Positions 54,161 through 64,000 of a DNA stretch of 64,000 nucleotides are shown here, one piece after another. Numbering within the stretch: position 1 is the first letter of the stretch; the number at the start of each line of letters is the position of its first letter. The DNA comes from Octopus bimaculoides (lineage: Eukaryota). The stretch spans positions 90,102,688 through 90,166,687 of the forward strand of contig NC_068988.1 of assembly GCF_001194135.2 (NCBI RefSeq), read 5' to 3'. A program made the translations under genes and the position numbers. The notes under the pieces were generated by a model. It worked only from the letters and a program-made list of their open reading frames with translations. It did not search any database and was not told where the DNA came from.

Positions 54161-54169
54161 TGTTTGTCA

Positions 54170-54812
54170 AGTGGACAGGATCCTGGGTTGTCGTCTGATG
54201 TTGTCGTACTGCCATGTGGTGTGTCTTTGCTCTGCAGTGCCCCTCCCTGTTAGTCGATTTTTGCCATGGCTGAAACGAAGAAACAGTATGCTTCCGTGAA
54301 ATTCTTTTTTCTGCTGGGGAAAACGACGGCCGAAACCGTTGTCATGCATCAAAAAGCTTACAAAATCACTGCCATGAGTAAAAACACAAGTTTTCGTGTG
54401 GTTTTCACGCTTTATGTGTGGTCACTGTCGCTTGAAGAACAAGCTCGTTCAGGGTGAGTGTCGACCGCCTGAACTAGTGAAAGCTTCAAGCAAATTCATG
54501 AACTGATCGTGGAGGACCGTCGCAGAATAATTGACAAAGAACTTGCTGATAAACCAAGTGTGTCCTGGAGCACCTGGTGATGAAAGCTGTTACTATAGAA
54601 TTTGAAGATGTGGAAGAGGTGAAGGGAAAAAACGACTGAGTCGTTAAAAGGCATCACTTCGCATCACTGCTTCGAATAGTGTAAAATGTGTCCGGGCCGA
54701 TGCATTGCTCCAAATGGAGAATAGTTTGAAGGCGATAAACGTGTAAACATGTTATACTAAGTTAATAAAATAATATTGCAAAATTTCAGTATCTTTTGGT
54801 TACCCCTCGTAT
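54170..54812 (+). mobile_element. Mariner internal-deletion derivative
   Basis: N-terminus MAETKKQYASVKFFFLLGKTTAETVVMHQKAY joined to C-terminus ...RCIAPNGE*FEGDK. The catalytic core is missing. The right end ttttggttacccctcgta resembles a terminal IR. Confidence 0.8.
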
Positions 54813-56976
54813 TATATTGTTTTAAATTCGCATGTAGCATTCAACAAAAATATGCTCACATGGAATTATGTCCACGCTCACATTTCTTACTCTACCAGTT
54901 TATGACGACAAAGCAACATCCAAAACGTCGAATGCTATCCTGCTTGCAACTTAAAATAAATTCGCTTATATTTCAGTGTTTTCAATTTACGTTTTTGTCA
55001 CTGTAACATTTTGAATATTCACTGTCATATGTTCACGTTCATTTCATCTGTAATACTTGAATCTATTTATATTCTAATGAAGCCTCCTTGGGGAAACCAT
55101 ATCGGCGTTGTGCACTATTCCTATACAGGATTTTAGTAATAACATTTACTTGAAAAAATATGTCGTTGGTTTTGATGTAAGAATAATAGTTCTGGAAATA
55201 TTCAGATGAAGTGGTGAAAGTTGGCAACTGAAGCTAATATTCGGCGATAATTTTCAATTGCTTTCTGTTTAGGCAACAATAAATATGAAGTGGCTGTTAA
55301 AAACTGTGCACAATGCTGGTGTTAAATAGTGTAGTGACTCTTTATAATGATTGTATAGTGAAGATAAATGTTTTCGGCAATTATAATTTTCTATAATCAA
55401 TAAATCGCATTCTATTTACATCGTCAATGTATTAATGGTTAAAAATCAATAAGTCAAGTGCTAATAGGCAGAGCCGAAGCAGCGTGAACAAAAGAGGTGT
55501 TACTCAGCTTGAACCTACATCAAGTTCATTTTCAGAAGCAACTAGAAGTCACCACGATAAACGAATTAAGAAGAAAAAAGAAAAAGAAGATATAATGATA
55601 ACTACATGTGTGATAAAACTGAACCACGTAGACACAATGTTGAATGCGGATATATTTAAATAGCAAGCTAAATTTAATTATGCTAAAGTGACATTTTGAG
55701 ACAATATGCGCAAATTTAACATATCTAAATGCAGAATATTTTAAAAGAATACGTTTAGAATTGAAATAAAAGAAAGCTACATTTTCGCCAAGTTTGAAAA
55801 AATTAAAATGAAAGCTCATTTACTTGCCCCATATGGCTTTGGTTATCAACAAAACAAGGTGAGTGAAATACATACAAATGCAGAAACGTAATAAAGCTTC
55901 GTGCAAAGGTGTTGGTGAAATGCGTAGTAGATAGAAAAACTGTCAGCAATATAGATAACCTACCAGTTTCTAATTATAAATTTCAAGTTGTATTTTTAAA
56001 TGTCAAATGTTTGTGACACTGAAATAAGAAGACGATTAAATAGAATTACAATATTTTCAATTCAAATGAATGTGTCATTAGACTTAAAAGTGATGCTAAC
56101 GCAAAAAGTTATTATTTCCTCAAATTCATTTACGTAAAATAATGGAATTTCATTCAAAAACTTTGAGTATTTCGAATGATATATCTGCAGCTTTTAGAGC
56201 GAATATATCTGTTCTTCCTTTTTTTTCTTGATTATTTAAGAGAAATTAGAATATCAAAATTCGTTGCTATTGTCCTGATTTCGAAGCACTAACAGTGAAA
56301 AGGTATACAAGTATACCTCAAGGCATTTGTAGTTAATTGTTTCACTAAGCTTGTCTATGTTATTTAATCAAGACACACTGACTGCATGAACTACGATTTC
56401 CTATTTGAAATTACATGAATTCACCATGCAACTTTATTAATACATTCTGAAGTGTTCTGGATACTATTATGGTAGGTGTTGTCGTGTCTATTTTAAATCA
56501 ATAAAAATAATTGGGTTCTATCTGTGAAGGCATTCTTTTGAATTTTCAGTCACATCAACAGACGAATATTAGGTGGAACATATGGCATACTTTTCAATGC
56601 ACATACATACTTTCATGAGGTCCATTTTGGAATATTCAGGAATCCAAAATAGCACGCGTCAAAATTCTAAGCAAAATGAGTCCATAATGAATAAACTAAA
56701 GTTCTCGATTGTCAATGTTACTATGCATTTCGAGGGGTTTGAAAACTCGCAAATTTACAGATTTCCACAATCACACTTGAATAATAAATTTTGATAGGAT
56801 AAAATGTTCGAATAATATTCAGTTTAAGTAATGAAACTCGACTACTGAATCTAATATTACGCGATAATTTTCAGTTGCCTTCAGCTTTGGCATCAATATA
56901 TATGAACTGGTTGTAAAACATTATGTACAGTATTAATGTTAAATAGAGTAGTGACCTTCGGTAATATTGCAGAGTT

Positions 56977-57143
56977 GTTTCGTCTGTCTTTATGTTCTGA
57001 GTTCAAATTCCGCCAAGGTCGACTTTGCCTTTCATCCTTTCGGGGTCGATAAATTAAGTACCAGTTGTGTACTGGAATCGATCTAATCGACTGGCCCCCT
57101 CCCCTCAAATTTCGAGCCTTGTTCCTAGAGTAGAAAAGAATAC
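56977..57143 (+). mobile_element. SINE family A, 5'-truncated, with 10-bp TSD
   Basis: TSD TTGCAGAGTT at 56967-56976 and 57144-57153. Confidence 0.92.
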
Positions 57144-57249
57144 TTGCAGAGTTAAGATGAAAGTTTTCGGCAATTATTCTTCCTGTAACTTAAATATTTG
57201 GCAATATTTGTCTGGTATGTGTAAATAAAGTTTTCTTGTTTTTTTTTTT

Positions 57250-57640
57250 TTCACTAAAACTGAAAGCCAAATTTGTGTTAACATATTTGTAAACTCGATA
57301 AAGTGAAGCAATCTTTCATAAGCAGAAAAAGAACAGCAAATATACATCTCATTGGAAATATGTCCTAAAGCAAAAATCCCAAGTGGAACTGACAAAATTT
57401 TCCGATTGCATTATTAATGGAGTCACCTTGCTATCAGCGCAAAAGCTTTAAAGGTGTTAATGCGATTTCCAACATTATTTTTAAGTGAAAAGGCTTCTTT
57501 TTTATTTTACTAAATTCAATGACAAGGAAAATATTTGAAATAGATTTTATGTAGAAACTGACTTACAAGTAACGTCCATAATTCCAAATATTAAGAGACA
57601 CTGTAACCAAAATGTAGGCATCGGAGTGTCATTAACGTTC
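57250..57640 (+). pseudogene. hAT transposase C-terminal (dimerisation domain) relic
   Basis: Peptides AEKEQQIYIS, AKALKVLMRFPTLFLSEKAS and VETDLQVTSIIPNIKR, matching the KA.KVL.PF.TTYLCE..FS / E.DLRL.L..I.PNI pattern. Confidence 0.65.
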
Positions 57641-58540
57641 CATGTCTTAGCAATGAAGCTTGATTTTCACCTTTTTTAGCCTCAAGCAGATAAAAGTAAC
57701 TACATCATGCTGGTACAGATTCATTTTAATATCTATGTGCAGCATGGCCATAATTATCTGTTAAAATTTCTTTTAAGTTTCAAAATTGCTCTCAATCAAT
57801 ACACTTTATGTGTGCAAAAGTTTAAGAAGTCCTGGTACTGATTTGTTGTACGTGTTTAGCAGAGAGTTTGCTGTGTAACTGTGCCATAAAAGTGGATGTG
57901 TCTTGCAAATTATAGGGATTGTACTGGTCAGGGTTATTTTAAAATTGCACAATTAAGGCATGATTTTAACATTTTTGTGTTATTTTTTCCGTGTCTTGTA
58001 TAAAACCAAGAGCTCCATTTGTTATTGAAGCTGTTTATTCTTATCACATAATTTACTTAGTGCCATTTCAATATTCTTGTACTTTGTCACTTTCCTAATT
58101 TTATTCCAGGTGATACTTTGGTCTGGTAAGATCAATATGTCTATCAGAGAAGACCTAATTTCCTCCCTGACATTCATAATTAAATCATCTTATTTGGTTT
58201 TGAATCTCCTTGTCAGTTACGACAAGCGTCCCACACGATAGCAGACATATCTCGTTTACATAAGATGACCATCTTTCTCCCATTTTTCATATATGTTCAC
58301 GCAGATGAGGGATACTGATATAATTATAACTACCATCTTACTTCTAGGATTATATTCAAACTATCCGACACATATACAGTACTCGCTTTTAGTATTATTT
58401 TCCTTCGAATATGTGCCGTATTTTAAGTCTTCATATGTCACTTAGAAATTTTGTCTGTATTTAATTTAGTGTGTTCTGCTGTAGTTGATATGCCTCCACT
58501 AACTTATGTATTGTCGTATATAACTTGTCCTATACTTCAT

Positions 58541-58756
58541 ATTGATTTCAAATTTTGGTACGAGGTCAGCAATTTTGATTTAGGGGCAAATCGATTACAC
58601 TGCCCCCAGTGTTCAACTGGTGCCTATTTTATCGATCCCGACAGTATGATAGGCAAAGTAGATCTAGGCGGAATTCGAACTCAGAACATAAAAACGGATG
58701 AAATGTTGCTGAGCATTTTGCCCGGCGTGCTAACGTTTCTGCTTGCTAATCGGCCT
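58541..58756 (-). mobile_element. SINE family A
   Basis: aggcaaagtagatctaggcggaattcgaactcagaac...gagcattttgcccggcgtgctaacg. Confidence 0.88.
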
Positions 58757-60595
58757 ATCAAGAAAATTTTCTCTCCCAAATTTACAAAACATATTGACGA
58801 AGTAAAAATGTGTCGAATGTGTTCTATCCTGCTGCAGTTAGGTTATCAGTATACCAAAACCGACACTAACAGCAGAAAGGAGAAGACAGTGAGAACTACG
58901 GCTCTGGTAGTGTCAAAAGTTTCAGGATGATCTGACGTTTCCTCTTAACAGAAAACGGAATCCATTAAGGACACTGAGAAACTGTCATTTCATTAGTGCT
59001 CAATGGCGCAATAGGTTGCTTGACTGGCATTCATTTGGAAGGGTTGCTTTGAATTTATAAATATTTTATTGGTTTTATCCACTATAGATTATTGTCAGTA
59101 TAGAGGAGATACTCTCTCGTATATTTATATGTATCTCCCATTACTGACGTTTTCATTTAGATTTGTTTTTGAAAGGAAAACTAGCGAAAAGTATAAAAAG
59201 ATTTTAAAATCTTGAAAGGCTCGTTTTCTAAAGGGCATGTGATTGGTTTAATCATCATTTTGCTTTGTGATATAGTTCATTCGGTTCACAATTTAGCACC
59301 ACACGTACTGATCTATAGTACTCTCATAGAATATGGTTGTGTGTGCCTCCTTCATTAATTCCGAAGTAATTGTATGTAACACTTTGATCTTGCTTCTTAA
59401 AAAAAACCCATTTATTTCACTATATTCCGAACTATATTTTGATATCCTAACTGAAGTTCTTGACGATGTTGAACAGACTCTTTTAGCGCATGCCTTCTTT
59501 GGCAGCCTTTGTGAGGTTTTCTGTATAGAACATACGTCAGTATAGGAGGAAGGAGGAGGGGGGAAGGAGGAGGTAGGAGGGAGGAATGGGGAGGTAGGAG
59601 GGAGGAATGGGGAGGTAGGAGGGAGGACGGAGGTGCAGCANNNNNNNNNNNNNNNNNNNNNNNNNNNNNNNNNNNNNNNNNNNNNNNNNNNNNNNNNNNN
59701 NNNNNNNNNNNNNNNNNNNNNNNNNNNNNNNNNNNNNNNNNNNNNNNNNNNNNNNNNNNNNNNNNNNNNNNNNNNNNNNNNNNNNNNNNNNNNNNNNNNN
59801 NNNNNNNAGGAGGGGAGGAGGGGAGGAGGGGAGAAGGGGAGGTGCAGCAACAAGAAGGAGAGGAGGAAGAGGAGGAGGAGGAGAAGAAGAAGAAGAAGAA
59901 GAGGTTTTTTATATTGTTTTTTTTTTAATATTGTTTTTTATATATTATCTCCAGTGATCTTGTTTCTGTTATTCTAATTAATTTGCTATTAATTTCTTCT
60001 TTATAATGCTATGACATTAGCTAGAGTATCAACTACAGCTAATGTCAAAGCATTGGTGTAGTCATGGCTGACATTGTTGTTCATTACTGCTATATCCTCT
60101 TGTTCATCCTTTTTGTCGCTGTAATTCAGAATCCAGCAATATCATCGTAAACATCATCACCATCGTTATTTTCATTATCATCATCCACAACCACAACGTT
60201 AAAAATCATCATCACGGACAATCATCATCATCCCCATCATCGCCATCGTCATCGTCATCGTCGTCATCAGCACCACGACCACCATCAACGTCATCATCAT
60301 TATCGTCGTCGTCGTTGTTGTCATCATCATCATCATCATCGATAACAAATGAGCTTTCTCCTGCCAAAACAATATGTTGTTGATTACTACTGGATTATTA
60401 AATTGTTTACAATCGTTTAGAGCAAAACAACATAATTAACAACAAAAACAACATCACCAACGACAACAGCAACAACAACGGCAATAATAGAACACCTGCT
60501 CTACTTCTTCATCTTTTCATCATCACCGTTATCAGCAGCAGGAACATTATTGGTAACTGTTTCTGTTTTTGTGACTGCCCCAGTTATGACAGAAA

Positions 60596-62370
60596 AAGGA
60601 TGTCAGAAATATCTAGACGACATCCCCAAGAGCAATGTCTGCCCACATTTAATCTAAATTTCTGTATTGTATTACATGAAGATATTTCGCTACAGCTTCC
60701 GCCTCTTCCCCTCCCCTAGCTTTCAATCATAATGTAACATCTCTTATCCTTCACTCGCCCTAGGACGCGGGGTGTGCCTCCGAAAGTGATTGTAACAAGC
60801 ATGCAGATTAAAAAGAAAATAACAACAATAATATTTATAATCCTTTCTCTAATAATAATCCATTCTACGATAGGCAAATTGTCCAGAATTTGTGGGGAGA
60901 GAATAGTGGGTTACATCGACTTCAGTACTCCATTGTCATCGGAGCATTGGGTTCAATACTACCCAATTTGAAAGAATGAACATCTGAAAATCTTAGAGAT
61001 ACCCTATAATCTAGATGTGTTGCAAAATTCGACATTACTTGGAACTGCACACATATTGCGTAAAGTACTGTCTGTCTGAGGTCCTTATTGTGAATTGCCA
61101 AACAGTACAAATCCCCGGTAGATACAATATCTTCAATCAACAACCTCACGTTATTGTATACTGTGTGGCATCGGGCTACTCGACCTGAAAAAAATTCTAA
61201 CTGGGCCCCACCTGCGAGGTCATGCGCTGTTTATCTTGATATGAGATAAACCATGTCGCGCACATATGGTTGTGATGCATGTGCCTGGTTTACCCTTATC
61301 AGACGGGTAGTCATGATGGGTATATTGGCCTTAGTATATTTTACCCCACTTTGATGGCATGCACTGCTCTCCACTCAATAATAATAATAATAATGAGGAG
61401 GAGNNNNNNNNNNTGAGATAAACCATGTCGCGCACATATGGTTGTGATGCATGTGCCTGGTTTACCCTTATCAGACGGGTAGTCATGATGGGTATATTGG
61501 CCTTAGTATATTTTACCCCACTTTGATGGCATGCACTGCTCTCCACTCAATAATAATAATAATAATGAGGAGGAGGAGGACGAGGAGGAGGACGACGACG
61601 ACGACGACGATGATGATGATGATTATGATGATGATGATGACGACGATTTCATTTATTTGCCATTAGGGCGAAAGATGAGGGGCAATACAGCGACAGACAT
61701 ACAGTTTTGGGTATATACATATAATATTGAAATGATAAATAATAATAAAAAATGTACACATGGTATACGCTGGGAAAGAGGAGACATATGCATATAATAC
61801 AGAGGTATAAAAAAGCGGGAGAATAATAATAGAGGTGTGACCCGCCTGATACAGAAACGCTTCTAGGGATAAACGAGAAACCCACCGTCCAAGATTTCCC
61901 TAAAACCCCATGAGCAAGTGCGCTCTCCAATTCCTTCTCTCCGACTCACAGCTCTGCACTTCGGTACCATCCACTCTTGCTATTTTCGTAACTTTCACCC
62001 ACCTTTTGATAAATTCACTCGACGGCAGCACTGCGCTGTGGCGTCTAAAGCGAGAACTGTCTCTGTTAATGTGAGTGCACCACTAGGTGTGATAAGAAAG
62101 GAATGAAAGAAACATCTACATAACATCTCAGGAGAACCACGTCTCAGAAAATCCAAAAGATTGTGCTGACAAGTATTGCCCACATTCTTAGAAAAATCAT
62201 GTCAATTTGAATGTCTCTGTTGTATTACATGAAGTTATTTCGCAACTTCCCCTGCCAGTAATCCTCCCAGAGCTATCGGTCATACCGTAACATCTCCTAT
62301 CCTTCACTCGCCCTAGGACGCCGGGTGTTTCTTGGCAAGTGATTGTAACAAACGTGCAGATTAAAAGTAA
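60596..62370. repeat. Direct duplication of ~230-270 bp (60596-60830 and 62095-62370)
   Basis: Shared gtattacatgaag.tatttcgc and gtaacatctc.tatccttcactcgccctaggacgc.gggtgt...aagtgattgtaacaa. Confidence 0.8.
61165..61575 (+). mobile_element. Retroelement 3' segment (family E) with (AAT)n tail, duplicated across a 10-N gap
   Basis: Homologous to 39885-40110. 61242-61403 is repeated at 61414-61575. Confidence 0.7.
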
Positions 62371-62380
62371 ATAATAATAA

Positions 62381-62597
62381 TGGTTTCAAATTTTATCTCA
62401 AAATCAGCATTTTGGTGTGGTCGGGTATGAGTCGATTGCATCGACCCCAGTGTTCAAATGGCACTTATTTTATTGACCCCGAAAGGATAAAAGGTAAAAT
62501 CGACCTGGGCGGAATTTGAACTCAGATCGTAGCGACGGGAGAAATACCGCTAAACACTTCGTCCGGTGCGCTAACGATTTTGCCAGCACCCCGCTTT
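62381..62597 (-). mobile_element. SINE family A
   Basis: gaccccgaaaggataaaaggtaaaatcgacctgggcggaatttgaactcag...gctaacgattttgccagc. Confidence 0.9.
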
Positions 62598-62599
62598 AC

Positions 62600-62655
<56 letters not shown>

Positions 62656-63005
62656 TGATGATGATGANNNNNNNNNNNNNNNNNNNNNNNNNNNNNNNNN
62701 NNNNNNNNNNNNNNNNNNNNNNNNNNNNNNNNNNNNNNNNNNNNNNNNNNNNNNNNNNNNNNNNNNNNNNNNNNNNNNNNNNNNNNNNNNNNNNNNNNNN
62801 NNNNNNNNNNNNNNNNNNNNNNNNNNNNNNNNNNNNNNNNNNNNNNNNNNNNNNNNNNNNNNNNNNNNNNNNNNNNNNNNNNNNNNNNNNNNNNNNNNNN
62901 NNNNNNNNNNNNNNNNNNNNNNNNNNNNNNNNNNNNNNNNNNNNNNNNNNNNNNNNNNNNNNNNNNNNNNNNNNNNNNNNNNNNNNNNNNNNNNNNNNNN
63001 NNNNN

Positions 63006-63362
63006 ATGCTGGAGCACCGCCTTTAGTCGAGCTAATCGAACCCCAGGACTTATTCTTTGTAAGCCTAGTACTTATTCTATCGGTCTCTTTTTGCCGAAAC
63101 CGCTAAGTTACGGGGGAAGTAAACACACCAGCATCGGTTGTCAAGCGATGTTGGGGGGACAAACACAAACACACAAACACATACACACATACATATATAT
63201 ATATATACATATATACGACTGGCTTCTTTCCGTTTCCATCTACCAAATCCACTCACAAAGCTTTGGTCGGCCCGAGGCTATAGTAGAAGACACTTGCCCA
63301 AGGTGCCACGCAGTGGGACTGAACCCGGGACCATGTGGTTGGTAAGCAAGCTACTTACCACA
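63006..63362 (-). mobile_element. SINE family B
   Basis: atgctggagcaccgcctttagtcgagc...cacttgcccaaggtgccacgcagtgggactgaacccggg...ctacttacca. Confidence 0.92.
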
Positions 63363-64000
63363 TTATCTTTTTAAAGACATGCCGGTCATCTTCCTTTTAG
63401 CCATGTTGCAACCTGAAGAAGAGCAAATAAAATTCTCTTTAGTTCAACAAAAACGAAAGAAATTACATTTCAGGTGTGCCAGGAATGAATTTCCAATTCC
63501 GAAGACAATAATCTACGTTTTCCCTTCTTCAACACAAAGAAATTTAATTCCAATCTTTTACCAAATGCAATGAGAATTAAGAACTAGATAATTCCTTATT
63601 CTTTATTTCTTATGATTTTACTATTTTAAGCAAATCGTCATTTTATTTGGGTTTTTTTTTTTTTTGCTTTTTTTTATAATTTTTTGTTTTCAACAAGTGT
63701 TTACAATCTATTTTTTGTTTTAATTTTCTCATTAAATTTTCTAAATAGTCGCATACCGTCTTCCCGAGGAAAATGTTTCATTTTTGCTTTTCGTTATCTC
63801 GGATTTCTTTTGTATCAACGAGAAGTAAAAACAAAGGAAAAATTATATTGTGTGTGTGTGTATATAGTGTGTGTATATAGTGTGAGTGTAACTTACTCTA
63901 TTTCTTATTCTCTCTGAGTATGCGCTAACATAGCGCACATACGCATATAATGTAACAAACATGAGCACAGACATACATATATATATATATATATATATAT

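Noticed and set aside
61242-61575. Apparent ~160-bp tandem duplication
   Set aside because: Identical copies either side of a 10-N gap; likely an assembly artefact.

Overview
AT-rich, gap-ridden eukaryotic draft-genome window. Repeat content and the many (TA)n/(CA)n-flanked N gaps point to a coleoid cephalopod, most likely Octopus; this is inference from recalled repeat families, not a database result. No host protein-coding exon, rRNA, functional tRNA or CRISPR array could be recognised. Nearly all ORFs in the track are microsatellite or N-gap artefacts. The window looks intronic or intergenic. It contains at least three tRNA-headed SINE families (called A, B and C here), a 5'-truncated CR1/L2-group LINE (RT motifs, ~31.6-33.9 kb), several Penelope-like (PLE) fragments (a RYIDD RT piece and two GIY-YIG endonuclease pieces), two mariner derivatives, two hAT (Charlie/Buster-like) transposase relics, two long inverted-repeat structures and a ~46-bp minisatellite. 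The most notable locus is 14541-15006. There a young PLE-like insertion carries, on the minus strand, a GIY-YIG C-terminus, a tRNA-like module, an (AAT)n tract and an intact-looking minimal type I hammerhead ribozyme. A perfect 49-bp inverted repeat begins 4 nt from the predicted cleavage site. A second hammerhead-like motif with a CUGUUGA core lies at 21037-21073. All alignments and folds were done by eye, so element boundaries are approximate unless a target-site duplication (TSD) or inverted repeat (IR) fixes them.
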